Assembly: GCA_965219095.1 (NCBI GenBank)
Contig: CBDCMT010000001.1
Location: 1,184,001 to 1,248,000 of the forward strand
DNA length: 64,000 nucleotides
Direction: 5' to 3'
From: Bdellovibrionales bacterium
Lineage (GTDB): Bacteria; Bdellovibrionota; Bdellovibrionia; Bdellovibrionales; UBA1609
This document shows, in pieces, positions 55,266 through 64,000 of the stretch. How positions within the stretch are numbered: position 1 is the first letter of the stretch; the number at the start of each line of letters is the position of its first letter. Made by a program: the position numbers and the translations under genes. The notes under the pieces were generated by a model. The model did no database searches. It was not told the DNA's origin and saw nothing but the letters and a program-made list of their open reading frames with translations.

Positions 55266-56458
55266 CTAGTACAGCATAACATAGTTATGTGGGTCGGTTG
55301 CTATTCTCCCTACCATTTTCTTGAGGAGTTTGTTCGTGATTTGTTCGTGATTAACTATCCAAAACTGTGAAAAAGTGTGTGCATTTGGCCTGAAACAAGG
55401 AAGTGTTAGTTATTGTTTTTATTCTCTTTTTAGTGTTTTCAAGAGGTTATATAAAATAACCCCTCGGTTCAACAAGGGACTACGATCCTCTTTTAGAGGA
55501 GATCTCTGGTGGCACAGGAGTTAAGAAGAGCTCTGTTTCTAGAGCTTTTGTAAATTCCTCTAAGAAGGCTTTAGATGAGATGAACTCTAAGGGCTTGTCT
55601 GAGCATGAGTTTGTTTCAGTCATGATAGATGGGTAGGCTTTGGAGATCGTACAGTGGTGCTTGCTTTAGGCATCGACGTGACGGGCAAAAAACACATTAT
55701 AGGGTTACGAGAAGGAACTACAGAAAATTGCGAGCTGACAAAAGATCTTTTAGAGAACCTTGTTTCTAGAGGTATGGATTCAGATAAGGGCTATCTTTTT
55801 ATTATTGATGGTTCTAAAGCCCTAAGGAAGGCTATCAAGGCAGTTTGGGGAAAAAAGTCTGTTGTTCAACGTTGCATTCGTCACAAAGAAAGAAATATCC
55901 TCAATTATTTGCCAAAAGAAAGACATCAAGAGTTTCGCATTCGTTGGAAAAGACTTCATGGTTTAGTAGATTATGAATCGGCTTTGAAAGAGCATGAGGA
56001 GTTAGTTTGTTGGTTGAAACAGATCAACCATTCAGCTTTAGAATCTCTTGAAGAAGCTTGTAAGGAGACTTTGACTGTGATTCGTCTTAAATACCCCCTC
56101 CTTGAAAAAGACTTTACTGTCAATTCTATAGAGTCCATGTTTTCCTACACAAGGTATAGGACAAGGAGAGTTAAGAACTGGAAGAAAGGAGCAGACCAAG
56201 TGAGTCGTTGGGCTGCTGTTACTCTCTTTGATGCTGAGAAAAGATTTAAACGAATCAGAGGCTTTATGTATTTAAAAAACTTTAAAGAAAACTTAGAAAA
56301 AATGGTTGCAAAACAAAGAAAGGTCGCTTAAACATGAAATCGTCCTCTAGAATTCCACCGAGAAATGGGACATCCTCGTTTCCAGTCAAAGCTAAGAAAA
56401 ACAAAATACTTGATTTAAAACAAAAATCTTTCTATAAAGGAAGAAGAAAGTTTTTTGC

Positions 56459-56534
56459 AGGGGGTTAGCTCAGCTGGTAGAGCACCACCCTTACAAGGTG
56501 GATGTCATCGGTTCGATTCCGGTACTCCCTACCA
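56459..56534 (+). tRNA. tRNA-Val(TAC)
   Basis: Cloverleaf; CCACC-CTTACAA-GGTGG anticodon arm; CCA end. Confidence 0.96.
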
Positions 56535-56631
56535 ATCTTTCCAGCAAGACTTTTTTCAGTAAATTAACTCTGCCTGATATAGTGCTTAATGCAATCTAAA
56601 TTTTATCTATGAAAAGTTTAAAGGAGGCAAA

Positions 56632-57072
56632 ATGAAAAAAGGTAGTATTATTATTTTATCAATCTTACTTACTTTCAGTTTCCTTGAAAGTGTTTATGTA
56701 GGTGGTGGCTCTACTTTCAGAGTGTCTGTAAGTACAGAAAATCTTGACAATGGATACATAGAAAAAAAACTAAGTGACTTTTTTAAAAACTTTACTCTTC
56801 ATAAAGCTCAATACTCTGATAACGACTTTAATGAAATTATGTACTACAAAAGTTTATTTGAAAGAACATCTCGTTACGATAGAGCTATTTTTGAAAGGTT
56901 AAGAAGGAAGTTCTATGATTCTCAGGAAAAAATAGATGCCCCCGCACAAGTGCGGGGGCTTTACCTTACAGCTTCACTCGAAGCTGACCTGAACATGGTT
57001 TCCTTAGTACTCAACATAGCTTTTTATAACGGCTTGTATGTTGACTCCACTTTTTCAACACAGTCCAGTTAA
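56632..57072 (+). CDS. Hypothetical exported protein; 3' third probably replaced by mobile-element debris
   Basis: AAGGAGG Shine-Dalgarno and signal peptide; runs into hairpins and IS-like ends after 56934. Confidence 0.5.
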   Translation: MKKGSIIILSILLTFSFLESVYVGGGSTFRVSVSTENLDNGYIEKKLSDFFKNFTLHKAQYSDNDFNEIMYYKSLFERTSRYDRAIFERLRRKFYDSQEKIDAPAQVRGLYLTASLEADLNMVSLVLNIAFYNGLYVDSTFSTQSS

Positions 57073-57350
57073 GGAAGATTGTCGGTAAAATCGTTAGGAT
57101 TTGAAAAAGGGACTCCTCTGAGCTAAACTCAGGGTACAAAAAATGCCCTTTCTGAAAGTCTAACGGGATTACGGACATCCTCTCAAAGGCCTTTTAAGGC
57201 CTCATGGTTGATAGCTCCAAGCCCACGTCACAAGACAACGTATTCTTTTTTGGCATCTTTATAATACACCAAGAAGTTTCCGTGATTTTTTAACTTGCTC
57301 TTTGCTTTTTTTGACTGTAAAATGAGAATAGGTAAGGAGCGTTTTTATTT

Positions 57351-57557
57351 ATGGCCAAAAAGATTAAAGATAGGGTGAAACCAACACAAAAAACAAAAGA
57401 GAAAAAACAAAAATTAGGTTATGGAAACTGGCTTTTCCGTAAAAAAGGAACAGCAGCAGAACCTTGGCCAACAGCAGAAGAACTCTGGAATGATCCCGAA
57501 GTACAACAAGCAATTAGAGCTTATAACAAATTAGTTACAAAAAAACAAAGCTCATAA
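57351..57557 (+). CDS. Small basic hypothetical protein
   Basis: AAGGAG Shine-Dalgarno; 68 aa. Confidence 0.55.
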   Translation: MAKKIKDRVKPTQKTKEKKQKLGYGNWLFRKKGTAAEPWPTAEELWNDPEVQQAIRAYNKLVTKKQSS

Positions 57558-57586
57558 AACCAGATACTAGACTTTCATAATATTCT

Positions 57587-58219
57587 TTGGGCTATTCCCG
57601 GAATAGTTTTCATTCATTTTATAATAAACATAGGCCTGAAAGATTAGCAGCAACAGCTGTTAATCTTTCAGGCTGGCCTTATATTTTTACCCTTGTTTTG
57701 ATAGCGACTTTAACTTGGCTTCCTGCTGAATTAATTATGGAAACATGTAGTCTTGAGGGGCTAAAAAAGAAATTATTTATATTATTAATTGCATCATTAA
57801 TTTTTACGCCTGCTTTACTATTATTAGCTCAAATTGAATTCATTGCTAAGTGGATATTTCTACCAGTACAAGATAACTTTTATAAAAAATGTATTGAATG
57901 GGATAATAAAGAAGTTGTAATGACTCTTAAAAACGGAAAGACCTATCAAGGTCTTTTATGGAAATATCCGGAAAATCCAAAATCAAGACATGAGTCTCAA
58001 ACAATTTCTATAGTACCGTTTAAGAGTGGATACAGAAAAAAAGAAACAAAGGAGGTAGTCTGGAACACTTATTATCCTAAATATGAAAACCACTCTGATT
58101 TGATTGATATGGAAGTCATTATACCACGAACAGAAATCATTACTTTTAGAAAGTTTAGCCGTAAAACCTTTGAACATTTTGAGAACCAAAATAACTGTCA
58201 GCACAAAAAGAGGGACTAA
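57587..58219 (+). CDS. Membrane protein with C-terminal Sm-like motif
   Basis: Two TM segments, then VVMTLKNGKTYQGLL...EVIIPRTEI; start uncertain. Confidence 0.5.
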   Translation: MGYSRNSFHSFYNKHRPERLAATAVNLSGWPYIFTLVLIATLTWLPAELIMETCSLEGLKKKLFILLIASLIFTPALLLLAQIEFIAKWIFLPVQDNFYKKCIEWDNKEVVMTLKNGKTYQGLLWKYPENPKSRHESQTISIVPFKSGYRKKETKEVVWNTYYPKYENHSDLIDMEVIIPRTEIITFRKFSRKTFEHFENQNNCQHKKRD

Positions 58220-58336
58220 AAAAAGAGCTTGATGAGAGAGAAGATGGGTAATACCATTTCTAAAAATTATTTGTAATAGAGGTCTATCGAAAAGTAGTCA
58301 AGAAAAAATCAGTTACACAATTTAATTTACAGGCTC

Positions 58337-58747
58337 AATTTAAAATCTTATGAGAAAGTAAAATTAAGACATTTGATGAAGTACAATTTAAAAAGTATCC
58401 GCTGTTATTTTTTAAAAGAAGACTTCCGACAGTTATGGACCTATGTTTCACCAACTTGGTCTGGTAAATTTATAGACAGTTGGACGAGACGAGTCATGCT
58501 TTCAAAAATTGAACCTATGAAAAGAGAAGCAAAAACCATACGAAGACATAAACTACTTATTCTTAATTACTTCAAGGCTAAAAAAGTCTTCTCCTCAGGG
58601 ATTGTAGAGGGTTTAAACAACAAAGTAAAACTCACTATGAGAAAATCTTACGGCTTTAGAACCTCTAAAGCTATAAAAATCGCCTTATATCATAACATTG
58701 GAAAACTGCCAGAACCTCCGGGAACCCACAGATTCTTTTGAGGAGGC
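58337..58747 (+). mobile_element. ISL3 3' fragment
   Basis: Near-identical to the 3' end of the other ISL3 copies. Confidence 0.88.
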
Positions 58748-58758
58748 AAAAAAAATAA

Positions 58759-59065
58759 TATGGACATGACAGTTTGGCTTGAGTATTTTGTAAGAAGCTT
58801 CTTATCTCAAATGAGTGAAATTATGTCTGTTGGAAAAAAAGTCATTCGTAAAGATGCTTTCGTAGAGAAGTACAGCTTGTCGAAGCGATAGGGAATAATT
58901 ATTGAGCATATTTTAGAACATGAAAGTCTTGCTTCTAAAGACTTTGATAAGATTTGTATAAAGATGGGGTGTGTAGATAAAAATATGAAAAATAAGACAA
59001 TACCTAAGGTGACAAGAAGAATTCTACAAAAAGATCTGAAAGATTTGATTGACAAAAAAATTAGA
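58759..59065 (+). pseudogene. Probable C-terminal remnant of a second Fic-wHTH gene
   Basis: DMTVWLEYFV...RRILQKDLKDLIDKKI with an internal stop; cut by ISL3 ends on both sides. Confidence 0.55.
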
Positions 59066-59427
59066 GTCCTACCGGGAATTTGTGGGTAAAAACGCCTAAA
59101 GCAGCTCATAAAATTGATGATTTAGTGTGACAAAGAAGTAGGGCATCTTGTCTTTGAATGTTTGTAACTGCTTACGCCAATTACAAAAATTAATTTCGAC
59201 ATTTTTTTCTAAATCATTGAAATTTTGTGTGATGATCTAAGGAAATGTTTTGTTATGAAGGTTTTAAAACCTTCCTTGAGAGAGGTGTTTGAGTTTTCAT
59301 TAAGATATGTTCATTTCAGGTATTTTATTTATTGTGTGAATCGATTGATGGGTTAAAATAAGTATGAAAAAGTGAGGGTAAAATTTAAAATGAAAAAATC
59401 AGTTACACAATTTAATTTGCAGGCTCT

Positions 59428-59632
59428 CATTTGAGCATTCTCGCCATAGTAGTCCACAAAACTTTGTTGTCAGTCTTTTAGGTGCCCTCATTGCTTACTT
59501 GCTTAAAATCTAAAAACCCTCCATTCAACTTAAAAACTCAAGAACAGAGGCTTCTGAAAAGAAAATATGGATGACCAGCCTTTCAAAAGGGCTGGTCATC
59601 CATATGAGTAAATAAAAGTCAAAACTTCAGGT
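59428..59632 (+). mobile_element. IS982 3' fragment containing a 41-bp hairpin insert (59565-59605)
   Basis: Homologous to 8338-8493. Confidence 0.7.
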
Positions 59633-59637
59633 ATTTA

Positions 59638-61336
59638 CCTGAGTTCGTGCTCAAAAATGTACACTACAGACGGACGTTTTTTTGACAAGACTTTTTCCAA
59701 TAGATCTTAGTATTTTTTCTTGAACTTTATTCAAAGCTACTGTTTTGATAAGTCTAGTTTTATTTTTTCGGTCATAAAGATAGACATTATACATGCTACC
59801 GAGTTCTTCAAGAGCTTCCTCTGGAGACATCTGCATCTTTTCAAGCTTCATTTTTAGAATTGAAAGTATCAGACAAGATAAATAGCATATAAAGACATGT
59901 GATTGAACTCTGTTGTAAAGCCAATGACGAATTGGTCTCAAATTTGTTATTCCCTTTAAGGTCCTAAAAGATTTTTCAATTATCTCTTTCTTATAGTACA
60001 AATTAACAATATCTTTTGTAGAGATCTTTTTTGTAGAAAATATACAAGAGTAACCATCAAACTCAGATTCTAAATTCAACCGATCTCTTCTTAATCTTCC
60101 TGTTGGAGTAAGGTATTTTTCCAAACCTGGTTTTATATTTTTATTTTTAGACAAAAGAATTTGTGCGTTTGCAATTTCGTCCAAACGAGATTCTCTTATA
60201 TCTAAAGCTCTCCTTTGATTGTAACAAACAACTAAACGTCCTTTGATTTTTCCAACATTGTGATTAATGCTCTGAGCATACAAGGTACCACTTGATAACC
60301 TGATGCGATGGGATACATCAACAATAGAGTCTAGCCTTATCATTTTTCTAATCAAATCCTTCTCTTTCTTTCTGAGAGCAATCCCACAAAGCGTATTCCA
60401 GCCCAATTCATTGATTTCATTGAGGTTTCTCTCTGAGAAAATGCCTCTGTCGTAAACAAACATTCCTCCACTTAGTCCATAGTTTGCAAATCCATCGGAT
60501 AAACTTAGTAGAGTCCTGCTATCGTGTATGTTTCCACTAAAAGTTTTATGAAACACTGGTATTCCTTCTTTTTGAGTTGTCACCAAACCAATTTGAATCA
60601 AAGGATTTCCACGTTTCCCATCCTTACTCTTTCCTAATTTTCCAAGCTGACATTTGCTACCATAAAGGTATGTATTGGTAACATCGTACACCAACCCTTT
60701 TAGCTCAAGATTGTACCTTTTCTGAACACCTTGAAATATTTTCTTCTGTAAATTTTCTGGATCACTCTCTAAAGAATCTAGAGCAGAAAGCAAACGACTT
60801 TCGGTTAGATCCTCTAAATTTAGCAAAGTGTTTAAATCTGTTCTCTCATACCATTTTGGCATTTTTCTAAGGCTTTTGTAATCTAAACAGTGAGCATAGA
60901 CCATGCTTAATATTTCATTGGAGTATTGGCCAAGAGATTTTTGCAAATCTATTTCCCTAGCTATTTTATCTAAAACAAGCAAAGGACCATAAACCTTGAC
61001 CTTTTCTATTTCAAGATCAGATGAACTCATTGAAATTACAGTTTCACCATTCTCTTCCTTCCCGATGTACCGAATATGCTTTTGGATAACTTTTCCATCA
61101 ACCCTTTTGTTCTCTACTTCTGCAAGATATGTTACCTTTCCTCTTTTTATTCTTCTGATAAAGCTCATATTTCTCCCTCTTGTAGTGTAATATATTACAC
61201 TACAAAGGAAAATGCAAGGCAAGTTATTTTTTGTGATTTTATCTAAAAATCGAAAATTCCCCTATGAAAACTGAGATTTTTATGGAAAATGGGAAATTAT
61301 AGCTTTGTAGTGTACATTTTTGGTCACGAATTTAGG
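59638..61336 (-). mobile_element. IS1634-family element type A, copy 2
   Basis: Near-identical to 36176-37874; 7-bp duplication GTATTTA. Confidence 0.92.
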
Positions 61337-61388
61337 GTATTTAGTGTGCACATTGAAACCAGCCTGTATTAAGATCAAATCCTATTAC

Positions 61389-61643
61389 CTAAGTTTGAGA
61401 CAATTTTTACTCACTAGGATTTAAGAAAGTATGGAAGTGCGATTTCTCAAAATTCCTAAATCTATGGAATTCAGTATTTTTTCTTGCTTCTTATTTAAAG
61501 TAACAGTTTTCATCAACCTTACTTTTTTCTTTTTATCAGAAAAATAAACATTATACATTGTTTCCAACTCCTCAATGGCTTTTTGTGGAGATATTCCAAC
61601 ATTTTTATGATTTAATCTCATTTTTAAAATTGATAATAAAAGA
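61389..61643 (-). mobile_element. IS1634 type B 3' fragment
   Basis: Matches ~40614-40868; cut by ISL3. Confidence 0.85.
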
Positions 61644-63010
61644 GGCTCCTCCCGGGAATCTGTGGGTGAAAAGTAGCTAGAAATCCCCCAAAAAGGCTCA
61701 TATTAATCAAAGTAAGAGTAAGACATCCTATCTTGTATTTTTGAGTTCTTTGAGGCCTTACTGGCCTCTATCACCTCCGGTGATTGAACTCAAAAACATT
61801 CATTTTATTTGCTTTTATTTGCTGTGTTACATTAAAATTTTAAAAAAGAAGCACCTACTTCCCAGATGCCTTAAAATGTTATTCAAAAAAAAAAAAGGAG
61901 GGAAGAGATGCTTTTGAAGACTATACTAAATGATTGTTTAAGATGGAAGTCTTTTGTATACGGAGACATTTATTTTTCAAAAGATAGAAAGTCAATTAAT
62001 GTTCCTATTAAGGCTCGTAAAAATGGCCAAGCTTTTTGTAGTGTTTGTAAGAAGCCCTGTTCAGTGTATGACAGCAGTAAATCATCACGGGACTTTGAAT
62101 CCCTTCCTATTTTAAGTTACAGGGTGTTTTTTGTTTATTTTGTAAGAAGAGTTAATTGTTCTTGCTGTGGAGTAAAAGTTGAGTATTTACCTTGGGCCGA
62201 TGGTAAGAAGAGTTTAACGATCTTTTACATGAAGTATTTAGCAGACTGGTGTCGTCACCTGTCTTGGAAAGAGGTTTCTTGTAAGTTTCATGTCAGTTGG
62301 AATCAGGTCTATGCTTCGGTAGAATGGGTCGTAGAATATGGTTTAAAACAAAGGGTTTTAAAGGGAATACAAGCTATAGGTGTAGATGAAATACAATGGA
62401 AAAAGAACCATCAGTATCTCACCTTAGTCTATGAAATAAGCAAAACCCGTGTACGCTTGTTGTGGATAGGAGAAAAAAGAACAGAAAAGAGTTTTAGAAA
62501 ATTCTTTGATTTACTAAGAGAGAAGTCAAAAGAGATAAAGAAGATGGGTATGAACCCCTTTTAACAAAAGCTAGATGGCCCTTGTTAAAAAATGCAGAAA
62601 ATTTAAAATCTTATGAAAAAGTAAAATTAAGGCATTTAATACAGTACAATTTAAAAAGTATCCGCTGTTATTTTTTAAAAGAAGACTTCCGACAGTTATG
62701 GACCTATGTTCCACCAACTTGGGCTGGTAAATTTATAGACAGTTGGACGAGACGAGTCATGCTTTCAAAAATTGAACCTATGAAAAGAAAAGCAAAAACC
62801 ATACAAAGACATAAGCTACTTATTCTTAATTACTTCAAGGCTAAAAAAACCTTCTCCTCAGGGATTGTAGAGGGTTTAAACAACAAAGTAAAACTCACTA
62901 TGAGAAAATCTTACGGCTTTAGAACCTCTAAAGCTATAAAAATCGCCTTATATCATAACCTTGGAAAACTGCCAGAACCTCCGGGAACCCACAGATTCTT
63001 TTGAGGAGGC
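61644..63010 (+). mobile_element. ISL3 copy 3 with internal deletion and frameshift
   Basis: Both ends present; SDMW-DRFH segment missing near 62535. Confidence 0.9.
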
Positions 63011-63114
63011 CTTTTTTTTAAGTTTCATTTAGTTATAGTTTTTATTTGAGGCTGAAAAAAGGGGTTTTTATGATTCCAGCCTCTTTTACAAAACTGTAGG
63101 GTTGTTTAAGCTTT

Positions 63115-63297
63115 TTGTATATGTTCATTAGAGTTACAATGAAGTCCAATGGGAAAAAGACAGTAAGGATCATGGAGCCAGTTTGGATTCAAGGTAAGTG
63201 TGTTCAAAAGACAGTTCGGTCCATGGGAATTTTTGAAAATGACTATGAAATCAAAAAAGTTCAGAAGCTTGCAGAGGAGTTCATGGTCAATATATAG
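63115..63297 (+). pseudogene. IS1634-like transposase N-terminal fragment
   Basis: MFIRV....GK..V.I....W..GK.VQKTVR.MG pattern; cut by a MITE. Confidence 0.55.
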
Positions 63298-63366
63298 TGC
63301 TTCCGTTTAGATTTTCAGGTTTTTTCTCTAGAGAATCGACCGGAAAATCTAAGCGTATTCACTATA
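63293..63366. mobile_element. ~75-bp MITE, copy 2
   Basis: Homologous to 14961-15035. Confidence 0.7.
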
Positions 63367-63882
63367 GAATGAACTGCACTGAAAAAGTGGAGTTCAGTTT
63401 AAAGGAGTGGATGGAAAAGTCTGGTGGCAGAAAGTCTAAATATTTTGAGTTAATTTTTAAATTTGGTATTACTTATATTTTCCTTTTGATAGACATCTTA
63501 TAAGTGATAGTTTAGGCCGTCCTGTTTGTTTGAGCTTAACAAGAAAAGAAGCACATGATATCACTCAAGTTCCTGATTTAATAAGAGGTTTGAAATGTGG
63601 TTTTGTTATAGCTAATACCGAATCCAGAAATTAACTTGACATTTTTAGCACATAGAAGTCAGATTTTTTCATACAATCTTGTTAAATTCTTAGAGTGTTG
63701 AAAAAAGATTTGGTTATACAGATTCAAAGTATGATTTTCTAGCTACTTACAAAGTGGAAGGAGTAACTCGTTAAGATCACGTGTAGTTCTGAGTGATTCT
63801 TTTTAAAGATACCAGAGGATGTCTTTCTCATTTTAACTATGAGGATTTATTAAACTGTCTTTACGAAGGCTCTAATTAAAAT

Positions 63883-63959
<77 letters not shown>

Positions 63960-64000
63960 ACATCTGATGTGGTGTCTAAGATAACGCCCTAACACACTCT

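Larger units (their letters stand above)
49951..55470 (-). mobile_element. Complete tyrosine-integrase element (copy A): int, xis, SSB-like ORF, hairpin, ankyrin gene, passenger IS630
   Basis: Interrupts IS256 with TTCAACAAG at both junctions; TGTTCGTGATT tandem repeats near both ends. Confidence 0.88.
49464..56377 (+). mobile_element. IS256-family element split by the integrase-ankyrin element; transposase degraded
   Basis: 29-bp perfect IRs GAGGATGTCCCATTTCTCGGTGGAATTCT; EVST|RDY rejoined across the insertion; IIDGSKAL, VQRC..HK.RN and N.IES motifs. Confidence 0.9.

Noticed and set aside
49951..55470. Prophage, phage satellite or ICE
   Set aside because: No capsid, terminase, primase, relaxase or T4SS genes; both ends are defined and enclose only four genes plus an IS.
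56934..57258. 6S RNA, RNase P RNA, tmRNA or group II intron
   Set aside because: None of their conserved sequence motifs were found on either strand.
4376..63503. Numerous short antisense or overlapping ORFs in the track (e.g. 4376, 5029, 6899, 12185, 19251, 23113, 32476, 45322, 46091, 58807, 63297)
   Set aside because: They are shadow ORFs of well-supported genes or IS elements with no independent evidence.

Overview
AT-rich chromosomal segment, most likely from a Bdellovibrionota bacterium. The evidence is a Bd0055-type bacterial histone, a TIGR02147/DUF4423-like protein and Tad pilus genes. Bases 1-21.5 kb are mostly housekeeping: cpaF, fic, a dppBC-nagZ unit, a Tad protein, a DEAD-box helicase, ligA, gatCAB, a Ppx/GppA protein and a LysM-like lipoprotein. 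Bases 21.5-64 kb are dominated by insertion sequences (IS5, IS982, ISL3, IS110, IS630, IS1634, IS66, IS256 and several MITEs; about 26 kb or 40% of the window by my hand tally). This part also holds pseudogenes, a histone-dusB-tRNA-Phe island, tRNA-Val and tRNA-Arg. The main discovery is a small tyrosine-integrase element, about 4.2 kb once its passenger IS630 is removed. It carries integrase, excisionase, an SSB-tailed ORF, a long branched hairpin and a secreted ankyrin-repeat protein. It is present as one complete copy, two partial copies and a scar at the tRNA-Val 3' end. Three of its four sites share TTC-N6-NNN-CTAC with a variable 6-bp spacer, so it looks like a tRNA-targeting island that now moves promiscuously. 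Its two ankyrin copies differ mainly at predicted target-binding positions.
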